From Camelus ferus (Eukaryota): a stretch of DNA of 64,000 bases. Where the stretch lies: positions 1,490,001-1,554,000 of the forward strand of contig NC_045698.1 of the NCBI RefSeq assembly GCF_009834535.1. The letters run 5' to 3'. Position 1 is the first letter of the stretch; every line of letters starts with the position of its first letter. The position numbers and the translations under genes are program-made. The notes beneath the pieces are model-generated. The model worked only from the letters and a program-made list of their open reading frames with translations, was not told the origin of the DNA and ran no database searches. Shown here in pieces: positions 50,716-63,700 of this stretch.

Positions 50716-52947
50716 TCCTGTGTGCGGCCAGAGGCACCTCTGCGAGAGGCAGTGAGGACGGCTGCTCTGGAGCTGGCGACTGAGTCTGGCCCTGGGTCCC
50801 CTGTGTCCCGGCCCGGCATCCTGCAGGTGCTGTCCAGAACCCTGAGCCTCGACGTCCTCCTCTGTGAACCGGGGTCCTTGTCCCGGACCCTTTCTCCTGG
50901 GGTGACAGGGGAAGGCAGTGGGTGGACTGTGCGAGGTGGTTCAGAGGGGCTGGCACGGGGGGGCTGTGTTCCTGCTGTTACTATTATTAGCATCGGTGTT
51001 ATTATCCTGACAATGTGGCTGAGCTCCCTGAAGTCACCTGGGGCCACGCCTTTTCTGCCTGTTGTCCTGGGACGTGTGACAATGTCTGGCTCACTTCACT
51101 GTGGATCATACATCATGTGTTTTCGCTCTTTAGGCAGACAGATTTGACTTCATTATTTTATTATAAATTTGCATGCCCTTTTATTGAATTTGAGAAAGAC
51201 TAAATGCTCACCCCCTTTGCCGTGCCTGAGACCTACATCTGTTTCCCAGCAGCCGTCAAATGCACTGCATTATTAAAACCCCGGTGATACAGGACATAAT
51301 GATGATGGAGTCTGGAGTCTCCAGGAGCGTATACATCACTCAGATGTGCGCAGTTAAAATTAAAATTCCACCCTCATCCTATCCTGGGTTGTTAGGTGGA
51401 ATCAGTCACGAAAGAGAAAAGATGAATAGCGATGTAATTCTTTCTGAAGAATAAATCTCCACGAACATCCTTATTTAATTCTTCACAAAAATTGCTCAAA
51501 TGCCATTTGAAAAGTTTCCACGTAAGTTTAAGATTCTATAGACAGGATCGCATCAACGAAAGTTGGCCGAAGTGCACGTCCCAGTCAGAAAAGCGAACAA
51601 TTAGGCGTCTTCCCAAGCCTTTCTTCTTGAGAAGCAGCAGCCGAAATGCGCCACTAGGCTGAGAACTGAACAATCTTGTGATGGGAGTTGGCTGCCGCAG
51701 AGGGTGGCGCCTGACGTCACTGTCACTGTTGAGCAAGAGCCATGCCGCTGAGGTGTCCCCAGTGAGAAGCTCGTCACCTCCAGAGCAGAGAGAGCCAGGG
51801 TCGCATGTGACGCCCGGCACAGCCCGGTGGGGTCTCGCAGAGGGTCAGCCCCCATCAGGGGGGCCCGACGCGGAAGAGTCCCTGAGGGAACGTGAACTCA
51901 CTGGGAAGCTGAATATGAAGGAAGCATCTCCTTTGATTAAAATGAGGTTGAGAGAGCCTCTGTGGGTCCCTTCAGCGAGGGGCGACTGTCTGCTTGGCCC
52001 AGGCTCCGCTTGGAGAGAAACTGCGCGTCAGGGGCTCGGGCAGCCCTCAGCGCTCCTGATAAATCACTTATTCTCTAGACACTCGCTGAGCGCACTGAAG
52101 TCCCGCCCAATCTAGGCAGGGGGAAAGACGAGGTGTGTGTCCTCCCTCTTCAGGGTTCTGGACCTCACAAAGCTCCTTCGATGAGCCCTCACCTGGACAT
52201 CCTGCCCCCGCTCACCTGGGCAGGAGGCCATCCTCGCTGTCCTTCCTGGGCCCTGCACATGCTCCCCTCTCTGGGCCCCTCGCCCACTCCCTGCTGCACC
52301 ACCAAGCAGACTCCCGGTACCCAGGGACACCCTAGGAGAACAGAATCCTGTGGCGGTGGGAAACGGGTCCAGAGACCAGAGGGCAGGGAGGTGACAGTTG
52401 GGCCGGCAGGAGATCGGGGGTGCCTCTGACAGAGCTTACCAGCCCCGGCCCGTGTGCCCTCCTGCCCGGCCGGGGGCTCCCGTGGCCTCTCCCCTGTTGG
52501 GGGTTTCTCAGCAGAAGGAGGGCTGCAGCAGCAGGCAGGGTCACTCTCAGACACCGGGAAGGCTACATGGAAGGAGGGGACCCCTCAGTCCAAGGCGTCC
52601 ACTGAAAGGATGGCCGTGTTCCCTAGGAGTCTCCACGCCGGGAGGAGCGGGTGCGTGAGACAGCAGGGCTTCCCTGACCACTTCGCTGTCCGCACGACCC
52701 GAAAGTGTTGGAAACAGTATTGTCAATACAGATTGGTTGTTCCTGAAAATACATGTGCAGACTTGGAGCTGGTCCAGCATCTCCTATGTTCCCAGGACCG
52801 GGGAGGGGGGGCGTTCTATCAATAATCTAGGAAACTAACTCCAGGAGAGTTTGGTAAGGATTGGGGACTCATGGGGCCTTATTACATTTTCCCCTGGGCC
52901 CCTTATTTTCATTGAGAAACACACCTCTAGTCTTTCTTGTCCGCTCC

Positions 52948-53286
52948 ATGGCCGTGGCTGAACTGGGCCCCCACCCCATCCCCGTGCTGAAGCCGGAGCC
53001 CCATGACTGTACTTGGAGATGGGGCCTCTTTAGAGGTAATTAAGGGTAATGAGGTCATAAGACTGGTCCATTAGGGCCGGTGTCCTTATAAGAAGAGGAA
53101 GAGACACCGGAGGGCTCTCCGCACGCACTCTGCGCAAAGGCCCCGTGCAAGCCAGCAGGGGGGCCCTCTCTAGGAACCGGCCCTGCTGGGCCCCGTTCTC
53201 AGCTTCCGGAACTATGAGCCATAAATGTCTGCGGTTTAAGTCACCCACCTGTGATGTTTGTTTTCCAGCCCATGCTGACTGACACA
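52948..53286 (+). mobile_element. MLT1A/B-like (ERVL-MaLR) solo LTR
   Basis: tgactgtacttggagatggggcctctttagaggtaattaagggtaatgaggtcataag...ggtgtccttataagaagaggaagagacac...aataaa-like cataaatgtctgcggtttaagtcaccc...gctgactgacaca. Confidence 0.88.
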
Positions 53287-53317
53287 GGTGTGTTCTGATT
53301 TATTGATGCAATCATTT

Positions 53318-53445
53318 GGGGGGAGGGGTAATTAGGTTTATTTATGTATTTATTATTTACATTTTTAGCCGAGGTACTGGGGATTGAACCCAGGATCTCA
53401 TGCATGCTAAGCATGCACTCTACCACTGAGCTATACCCTCGCCCC
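53318..53445 (-). mobile_element. vic-1-type tRNA(Ala)-derived SINE (camelid)
   Basis: The minus strand reads ggggcgagggtatagctcagtggtagagtgcatgcttagcatgcatgagatcctgggttcaatccccagtacctc (A box TAGCTCAGTGG, B box GGTTCAATCC), then an AT-rich linker and the aaacctaattacccctcccc tail. Confidence 0.9.
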
Positions 53446-53484
53446 TTACTCAGTCATTTTTTATTGGGTCAAAAAAAATTAATC

Positions 53485-54127
53485 TATTCTACATTTTGAA
53501 ATCCCAGTCTGTCCCTCCCCACCCCCCTGTCCCCCTGGCAACCACAAGTTTGTATTCTATGTCTATGAGTCTGTTTCTGTTTGTATTTATGTTTTATTTT
53601 TTTTAAGATTCTGCATATGAGCGACCTCATATGGTATTTTTCTTTCTCTTTCCGGCTTACTTCACTTAGAATGACATTCCGCAGGGACATCCATGTTGCT
53701 GCAAATGGTTTTCTCAGTTTTTATGGCTGAATAGTATTCCATTGTATAAATATACCACATCTTCTTTATCCAGTCATCTGTTGATGGACATTTAGGCTGT
53801 TTCCATGACTTGGCTATTGTAAATAGTGCTGCTACGAACATTGGGGTGCAGGTGTCATTTTGAAGTAGGGTTCCTTCTGGATATATGCCCAGGAGCGGGA
53901 TTCCTGGGTCACATGGTAAGTCTATTCCTAGTCTTTTGAGGAATCTCCATACTGTTTCCCACACTGTGTAGCACAGGGAAATATACACAGGATCTTGTAG
54001 TGGCTCACAGTGAAAGAGAATGTGACAATAAATTTACATATGTTCATGTGTAACTGAAAAATTGTGCTCTACACTGGAACTTGACACGACATTGTAAAAT
54101 GACTATAGCTCAATAAAAAAATGTTTG
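53485..54127 (+). mobile_element. Young camelid-type L1 3' portion with 5' inversion (twin priming)
   Basis: Antisense 53485-53962, sense 53963-54127. Perfect 13-bp TSD aaaaaaattaatc at 53472-53484 and 54128-54140. Confidence 0.95.
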
Positions 54128-55669
54128 AAAAAAATTAATCATTTGAATGTATTTCCAGTGATGCCTTTTTTTTTTTTTGACATGGATTTGTTTTTCCTTG
54201 CACAGCACACAAAAATATGTCCACCCTAAAAATAGAAATATTTGAATCTTAATTCCACCATAAACATTTACATATAAATCAGGATGAAGTACATGCATGG
54301 GATGAAGTACACAGATGAGAGAAGATAATGACGTCCTATCAGGAAGGAAAGGATAACAAAGTAAAAGGGATCCGTGAGTTCCCGCAGGGGAGTCTCCTGA
54401 CTGGCACCTGCAGTTGCCAGAATTCTAGCGTCTGAAGTGACTGAGTTTACCAAGCTGGGTCTTTCCTAATGACTCAGCCCCAGCTGATGAATAAAACCCA
54501 GGTAGGGGGCTCAGCAAGCGCAGAGGGCAACTGTGCTGTTTCTCTCAAGTGGTGGTTGAGCCTCAGTGAAAAGCCTCTTAGAGTCATTCTGTCTTTCATT
54601 AGCGCGCACTCACCGTCCTATTAAATCTAAATTAAGTCTTTACTCGAGGCACTTAATTGGGAGACTTAAGCAGTGTGGACACCTGCGAGCGGTGATTTCA
54701 GTTTCTGGCCGCTGTCAGGGTCTAGCAGTTTGGTGACACCGAAGGTTCAACGGCGTGGCCGCGCCTGCAGGTATGAGGTGTGTGCGAGGGTGTGTGGGCA
54801 CGCCAGGGCCAGTGTCTGTGTTTAGACCAAACACCCCCGGCAAATGTGTCTTTCCATCAGAAAAGCATGATGTATTAAACATACATTAAAATTAAACTCC
54901 CTTGTGAAGGTTAGCTGTCTGTTAACTTTACAAAATTCGTCATGGAAAGACACCATGAAAAATCACAGTTTTGGTGCCAAAGTTTCTGGGTTTTGGACTT
55001 GCGGATTCCACCAGCTTCTTTCCCAGCTTTCATTTCTAAACTTGCTTAAAAATATTTTTAGACTAAATATTTTCTAAGTGCCCTCCAGTCCTAAAAATAT
55101 GTGATGCTAAAATGATAATTAAATGGCTTTTGTTTTTCACTGTTAATTGCACTGTCTGAAATTCAAACGTGTTTAAAATTCGAGGGCATTGTCATTCAGG
55201 GACAGCTGAGGACAGGGGTGAAAACAACACAGACATGGATGCGAACACAAATATAAGCAAGCTTCTGAGAGGTCTCCCCGCGAGCGCCCTTCCATCCCGG
55301 GCAGCCGCCTGCGGCGGCCTTTGGTGAGCTCGCGGGGACCCAGGGCACCCAGGAGCCGGCGGGTTGGATGCAACCCGGCTGTGTGAGGCACTGGCTCGTG
55401 ACTGCTCATTTGAACCCCCAAGTCTTCTGGAAACCTGTATGTATTCACGGGTAACGACGGAAAAGAACGTGGAGAGAGGCAAGAAGACGCGATGCCCGTT
55501 TGTTTGTCAAACTAGATTATGTTTCTCTCACTTACAGAAAATGGTGGCCTTGCGATAAAAATAAGGTCATTTTAATTGGCTAAATAATCATATAAATAAT
55601 TTTAATTTACAAATTGTTGTTCTCGGTGTATGTTTATTACCCAAAAAATTGTCTGCGGTAATGAGTCGA

Positions 55670-55835
55670 GATTTATGGCATGTCTGCGGCGTCCCAGGCT
55701 CTGCGTGTGCCGCCCTTATTTAATGCTCAGCACCGCCATATGGTGGGGGTGCTGCTCGCGTTCTGATTTCACAAATGAAGCAACAGAGGATCGGAGAGAG
55801 GTTTTCTAAACAGTCCATTGTTTGAAGGTACATGG
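55670..55835 (-). mobile_element. MIR SINE fragment
   Basis: ttatttaatgctcagcacc...atttcacaaatgaagcaacagaggatcggagagaggtt matches the antisense MIR core (attttacagatgaggaaactgaggctcagagaggtt). Confidence 0.75.
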
Positions 55836-55849
55836 CTTCTAAAGGATTT

Positions 55850-57545
55850 TTTCCACTTTGTTTGCTTACTGACTTCCTGGGTTGTACTTTGATGAATTGC
55901 TAGATGATCGTATACATATTTGTGTTATTTTAATAGCGATATTTACATGGAGAAGATTTTAAATGAATATGGACATGGTGTTCATCTTCTGTCTTGTGTT
56001 TTTCGCCCTTGATGGTATGCTGAGGAGGACTTTTCTCGCGGGAGATTACAGGGGTCAGGTGCGCACTCGTTTTTAATTTCTGGGGTTCTGCTGCCCAGCG
56101 CAGTTAGTGTGACCGGTGCAAAGTGAGGTTTGCATTAAGGATCAAGTACATGCTGGATTGCAAGGTCTTAGTATGAAAGAAAATGTAAAAACACTTAGAA
56201 GTATTTTTTATGTCGAGTACTCTTTGAAATGACATAATTTTGATATACTGGATGCAATAAAATATTTTATTAAAATTAATTTCACCTGTTTCCTATCCTG
56301 TTTTAATGTGGCTACTGGGAAGTTTAAAGTTGCATCTGTAGTTACATTCTATTTCCATTGCAGTAGCACTCCCCTGGTGTATTTTACTTTATATTTGTAA
56401 TTATATGCACATATATTGTCTATACACAAATTATATGCTGTGTAATCTACATGTATGTACACACATGTAACATGTTTGTAGTTTGTATGATATATTGCAC
56501 CTGCATAAATATGTATGTATAATTACATGTGTGTCGTCAGAAATTAGTTTTGGTGTTATGTGATTTTTAAAACATGATTAGGCAATAGCTCAAAGCCATT
56601 GTTTTAAATAACAACTCCATTCTGAGGACTACAAATGCTGACTTAGGATGTACCAAGTTCTTGCTCAAGCTGGGCCTGCACCTCAGCTTCCCTTCCCATC
56701 CTGTGGGGCTGCTCACAGCATTTTAATTGTGGTGCCTTCGTGAGATGCTACACTGCTTGGCATCCTAAAGTGGCAATTTGCTGTGTATTTATTCTTTCAA
56801 ATAAGCTTTAAAAGAATTTAGTAATATTCTAAGCAAATTTAGTAAAAAAAATATATGCTGGACTAACAATTTATAACTTAATTTACAAAAATTGACATTT
56901 ATAGCATTGAGAGTTCCATTTGTAAGCTTATTTGTATCTTTTCCCTTATTGGAAGCTTCCTTCTGTGTGCCTTAGTAAAGCTGTGTTATGTGTTTACATA
57001 TCCCTCTGTAGTTTTTTCCATGCAGACGTACACACATCACCACAAAGTGTATCTTTCTCCGTGTAACTTACACGTGTGCTGATGCACAATCAGCAAGTAA
57101 ATGTTGTGTGTATCTACCCTAACAAGTACCTCTCTTACTCAATCTGTCAGTGTTTCAGTTCAGTGTCTGAAATTTCCTGGTAGACATTTTTATCTTGCTG
57201 ACAATGTGGTCTCTTGTCCATTATTTGTAAATCATATATTTTTCTTTCCTTATTGCATTGGCTTGAACCGATGGGGGAAAAATGATACCATTGATTATAA
57301 GAGTATTTCTGGCTCTTAACATAAATTTCTCTTGGTTTAACACTAAGTATGACTTAGCTATTTGTTTGAGATGGATATCTTTAAAAATATATTAAGAAAC
57401 TTTAATTTATATTTGTTGATCACTAAGAGAATTCATTGGTTAGTAATTAATATTTAAAATGCATTTTTATCATCTAATTATCTGGTTTTGCCTGTTGGCA
57501 GTAGTTTTCTTACTATTAAACACCACTGATTAGGTCAAGTGACAT
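55850..57545 (-). mobile_element. Highly decayed L1ME ORF2 fragments
   Basis: T-rich antisense L1 landmarks such as attgacattttatagcattgagagttcc, tttttctttccttattgcattggctt and tttaacactaagtatgacttagcta. Interrupted by MER33. Confidence 0.6.
56100..56370 (+). mobile_element. MER33-like hAT-Charlie element
   Basis: cttagtatgaaagaaaatgtaaaa...ttgaaatgacataattttgatatactgg...ttattaaaattaatttcacctgtttc...ttttaatgtggctactgg. Confidence 0.85.
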
Positions 57546-57772
57546 CAATTTAGTTATGACGTATACATCTTCTATGCTCTCAATAATGTGTGCTCAACAA
57601 CAGAACTGTATGAGTAAATTCATATTCCATCAATTTTGAATTGACAAATGCAATAGAAAAATGTTAACGTTCACTATCAAACAAGGTTTATATGTGGTAG
57701 GCCAAGAGAGTATCTCCACTGGAGCCCCAGCATACTCAGGACAATGGGTAGGGTGTGATTTAAATGCTATCA

Positions 57773-58799
57773 CTTTTTGAATTAAGGCTCCCTCTGGATA
57801 TATACCCAGGAGTGGGACTGCTGGATCGTATGATAAGTCTGTTTTCAGTCTTTTGAGGAATATCCATACTGTTTTGCATAATGACTGCACCAAACTACAT
57901 TCCCACCAGCAGTGTAGGAGGGCTCCCTTTTCTCCACACCCCCTCCAGAATTTATCATTTGTGGACATTTGAATGATGGCCATTCTGATTGTGAGCTGAT
58001 ATCTCATTGTAGTTTTGATTTGCGTTTCTCTGATAATTAGCAATGTTGAGCATTTTTTCATGTGCCTATGGCCATTTGTTTGTCTTCATTGGAGAATTGC
58101 TTGTTTAGGTCTTCTGCCCACTTTTGGATTGGGTTGTTTGTTTTTTGCTTATTAAGTTATATGAGCTATTCATACATTTTGGAAACTAAGATGAAACCTT
58201 GTCAGTCTCATCTTTTGCAAATATTTTCTTACAATAACCAAGGCATGGAAACAACCTAAATGTCCATCAACAGATGACTGGATAAAAAGCTGTGGTATAT
58301 TAATACAATGGAATACTACTCAGCTATAAAAAATAATAAAATAATGCCATTTGCAGCAACATGGATGGACCTGGAGATGGTCATTCTAAGTGAAGGAAGC
58401 CAGAAAGAGAAAGAAAAATACCATATGATATCACTCATATGTGGAATTGAAAAAAAAGACAAACTTATTTACAAAACAGAGATATACTCACAGACAAAGA
58501 AAACAAACTCATGGTTACAGTGTTGGAGGGAGGGGTGGGAGGGGATAAACTGGGAGTTAGAGATTTGCAGATACTAACTGATGTATATAGAATAGATAAA
58601 CAACAAGTTTATACTGTAGAGCACAGGGAACTATATTTAATATCTTGTAGTAACTTATGGTGAAAAGGAATATGAAAATGAATATATGTATGTTCCTATA
58701 TGACTGAAGCATTGTGCTGGACACTATAAATTGACACATTGTAAACTGACTGTATGTCAATAAAAATATATTTCCAAAAAAAATAAGCCATTAAAAAAA
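57773..58799 (+). mobile_element. Camelid/artiodactyl-type L1 3' portion with 5' inversion (twin priming)
   Basis: Antisense 57773-58229 ([13 protein letters not shown] frame), sense 58230-58799 with tail. Perfect 12-bp TSD taaatgctatca at 57761-57772 and 58800-58811. Confidence 0.95.
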
Positions 58800-60704
58800 T
58801 AAATGCTATCATTTCCCCCTACTCACACCCACCTAGGGCTCCAGTGCCTGCATGTTGTTCCGAAGAAGTTCCTGATGCTCTGGACTTACACTCTCTCCCT
58901 TTATAATATTCCATGCCTGCTTTCCCGTTCTATAATCAAATCACTTTTTTAAAAAACGTAAACCTAATTTCCAATATTTCTATCCTTATTTTTCAAGGGA
59001 AAGTTATTTCAACACATTGATAATTTTTGGGGGGCAGCATGGCTATTTCTTAAAATTAGTTTTTCTTTAAGGCCTCAAGTTATAAAAAAGAGAGGAAAGT
59101 AGTGTTTGAGTCACATAAATTAATTGGCTATGTTCAGTCTCATATTAACATTAAGCAAAAATCAATCAATCAGAAAATTGAGATGTTTTCATAAATACAA
59201 AATTTTAATTAGGGTTATTAATTGTACTCATATTTGCCTTATCACTCATTTTGTGATAATGTCTTCAGCTTATACAGTATCACAAGTCTTCCAGCTTGCA
59301 AAAATAAGCAACTGCAGCTGGTGGCAGCTTTCTAATTGAAAAGTCAACTTTTCTAATTGCAAAGTCAAGTAGTGTTCCAGCTGAACCAATATAGTAACTT
59401 GAGCAGAAAAAGATATTGCTGTTTTGAAGTGAAATCACTGAGGATATGTAATCGCACCAAACCACATCCTGCGTTTTCTAAGCGTGAGATGGAAGGGAGC
59501 CTGAATCTTCATTCTTCCATATAAAGTACTTATGAACAGCTTACCTAGTATCCTTGCTTTAACACCTCACGTACCTCATCATTGACTTTGGTGGGGTATC
59601 TATGCAAAGTTTCAAAGCAACCACAAGTTATGCTTGTTTATTTCTTAAACTTTCCATCTCTTCCCTGGCCTGATGCTCAGGACTAAGCATTATAATATTG
59701 TCACCCTGAGTTCTCCAATTAAGTTATTCAGCTTTTTAAAGTTCAGATAAAAGTTACTAAAAATTCCAAAATGTAATAAATATATGCTCTACCCCATGGG
59801 ATATGTTGTATGCTAATTTGTTTTTGCACCATTATTATGGATGCCGGGATTGCACGTGCTGTTACACCAGCAGATGTCACAGGCTTTGTTCCTAAACAAA
59901 CACACAGAGCAGTGGCATTCCTCATCACACAGCCACATCTGGGTGCGTGCACAGACTGGAGGAAGGGCCGTACTCCAAAAGTGCCTGGTGACCATAGCGA
60001 CTTGTCACATGTCAGGGGCCCCTGTGGTTCCATCTGGCTTGCAATGCATTGGCTTTGTATTATTTTAAATGTAAAGTTTAAAAACATTCTTATGCTGGAA
60101 TCAGGATCAAACATTTGTGGAACCAGAGAACCCTGCGTTTTCTCAGAACTCCAGAGCAGAGACATTGATTGATGAAAATGAGTTAACGTATCACCCCTCC
60201 TGGGATATTTGAATGTTAGTTGAATTACTCTCTAATATGCGATTACAGGCACTGTGGACAAGTAATACAAGATCATGAGGCAGGCTGACCTTCTGTCCTT
60301 CTCCAATTGTGTTTCAGCAAAACAATCTCATCTGTCACATTAAATTTATACTGCAGTTGGAATAACATTGGATTTGAAATTTTGTTCGAATTTGATTTAA
60401 ACTCTATTTTAGTTTTATAGTCATATGGCTGATGTAAGCATAAGACACTTATACTCTCCTTTTAATTTATGCATATTTAAGAAACATTTGACAAAAGTCA
60501 AATTAAAGTGAAGTGTGGGAATCTGCAAGAATTTTGAAGGGGGTTTAAGAATTACTCAGGTTTGAGAAACATTGCTAACAGATTCTAGGTCACAATTCAA
60601 AGCATTATTATTTTTAATCCTGCAATTGATAAAGAAAAAATTGAAGATAAGTATTGGAACTAACGAAAGTATATTAAATCAAAAAAAGTCTGCATAATTA
60701 AAAT

Positions 60705-63700
60705 TATACACAATATTTATACCAGACAAAATAGATTTTAAAACAAATTGTTACAAGAGACAAAGAAACACATTACAAAATGATAAAAGTATCAATCCAA
60801 GAAAAATATGTAATAACTGTATATATGCACCCAACAAACTACATAAAGCAAATATTAACACACATCAAGGTAGAAACTGACAGTGATACAATAATAGTCG
60901 GGGACTTTAACGCCCCCACTTACATCAAGGAACAGAGCATCCAGAGAGAAAATCAACAAGAAAACACTAGCCTCAAATTACACATTAGATTAGATGGACT
61001 TACCAGATATATATATAAAACATCTCATTCAATAGCAGCAAAATACACTTTTTTTTCCAAGTGCACATGGAACGTTAACCAGGATAGATCACATGCTGGG
61101 CCACAAAACAAGTCTCCATAAATTTTAAAAGACTGAAATTGTATCAAGCATCATTTCCAACCACAACAATATGAGACTAGAAATAAACTAAAAAGGGACA
61201 AAATATAAACACAAACACATGGGGTCTAAACAGTATACTGCTAAACAACCACTGGGTCACAGAAGAAATCAGAGGAAATCCAAAAGTATCTAGGGACAAA
61301 TAAAAATGGAAACACAGCAATACAAAATCTACTCGGATGCAGCAAAAGCACTCCTATGAGGGACGTTTACAGTGACGCGAGCTCACCTCAGGAAACCAAC
61401 AAAAACATTCTCAAAGAAACAATCTAACCTTACACCTAAAGGAACGAGAAGAAACAAAACAAAACAAAAAACAAACTTAGTAGAGGGAAGGAAATAATAA
61501 AGACTAAAGTGAAAATACATAAAATACAGACTAAAAAATGATCAATAAAACCATGAGCTGATCCTTTGAAAAAATAAACAAAATTGTAAACTTTCACCAG
61601 ACTTATCAAGAAAGAAAGAAAGAGGGTCCACCAAAATAAAATCAATAATGAAGGACAAGCTGTTACAACCAACATCACAGAAATAAAAAGGACCGTAAGT
61701 ACTGCTACGAACAATTGCACACTGATAAAATAGACAACTCAGAATAAATAAATACATTCCTGGAAATATATAATCTCCCAAGTATGAATCAGAAAGAAAC
61801 AGAAAATATAAACAGACTGATTTCCAGTAATAAAATTTAATCAGTGGAAAAACAAACAAGCAAACAAAAAAATCTCCCAATAAACAAAAGTGTTCAAGAC
61901 CAGATGGCTTCACAGGTTTATTTTATCAAATGATCTATCTTTCTCAGACTATAAAAATCTGAAGAGAAAGGAATGCTTCCTAATTCATTCTACAGGCCAT
62001 CCATCATCATCCTGATACAAAAATCAAAGAAAATCACCACAAAAGCAAAAAAGAAAGAAAGAAAGAAAATTTCAGGCCAGTATCACAGATGAACATAGGT
62101 GCAAAAATTCACAACAAAATATTAGCAAACCAAATTCAACAATACAGTGAAAGGATCATACTCTGTGATCAAGTGTGATTTATCCCAGGGATCCAAAGAT
62201 GGTTCAATATCTGCAAATCAGTCAATGTGAGACACTACATGAACAAATTGAAGAATAAAAATCATACGATCATCTTAATAGATGCAGAAAAAGCTTTGAC
62301 AAAATTTGACAGCCATTTATGATAAAAACTCTAAACAAAGTGGGTATAGAGGGAACATACCTCAACAGAATTAACACCATATATAACAAACCTACAACCA
62401 ACATCATTGAACAGTGAAAAGTGGAAAGCATTTTCTTTAAAATCAATAATAAGACAAGGATACCCACTCTTGCCACTTATATTCAATATAGTATTGGAAG
62501 CCCTAGCCACATCAATCAGACAAGAAAGATAAATCTTAAAAATCCAAATTGGAAAATAAATAAAACTTCCCTTGTCTACTAATGACATGATACTATATAC
62601 AGAAAAATCCTAAAAGCATTAAAAAAAACTATTAGAATATATGAGTTTAGTAAAGTTGCATGATACAAATTAACATACAGAATTCTGTTTCATTTATTTG
62701 CACTAATAACAAATTATGAGAAAAGAAAGTTAAGAACACAATCCCACTTATAATCACATCAAAGGGAATATAATACCTAAAAGTGAATTTAACCAAGAAG
62801 GCAAAAGACCTGTACTCTGATAACTATTAGAAACTGATGGAAGAAACTGAAGATGACACAAACAAATGGAATGACATACCATGCTCATAGACTGAACAAA
62901 TTAATAGTTAAAAATGTTTATACTACCAAGGCAATCTACAGATTCAATACAATTTCTATCAAAATACCAATGGTGTTTTTCACAGAACTAGTATAAATAA
63001 TTCTAAAATGTATATGGAAACATAAGACTCCTCAAAATCCAAAACAATCTTGAGAAAGAAGAACAAAGCTGAAGTCATCACCCTCCCTGACTTCAGACTA
63101 TGCTACAAAGCTACAGTAATCAAAATAGCGTGGTACTGGCACAAAAACAGTCACATAGACAAATGGAACAGAGTAGAGAGCCCAGAAATAAACCCACACT
63201 TGTATGGTCAGCTAACCTATGACAATGGACACTAGAAAATACAATGAGGAAAAGATGGCCTCTGGATAAATGGTACTGAGAAAACTGGACAACTACACAT
63301 AAAATAATAAAATTAGAGCATTTTGTCATACCATATACAAAATTAACTCAAAATGGATTAAAGACTTACATGTAAGATCTGAAACTATAGGATTCCTCGA
63401 AGTAAACATAAGCAGTATGCTCTTTGACATCAATCTTAACCATTGTTTTTAATCTGTCTCCTCAGAAAAGGGAAACAAAAGCAAAAAAAAGCAAATGGGA
63501 CTACATTACAATCAATAGGTTTTGCACAATGAAGGAAACTATCAACTGAACAAAAAGGCAGTCTACAGAATGGGAGATGATATTTGCATAAAATATATCT
63601 GATACAGGATTAATATCCGAAATACACAAAGAATTAATACAACTCAACATCAAAAAAACCCAATTAGAAAATGGGCAGAGGGCCTGAATAGACATTTTTT

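Noticed and set aside
53370..53445. tRNA-Ala-like gene
   Set aside because: It continues into a SINE body and tail, and its 3' acceptor stem does not pair properly, so it is a SINE head.
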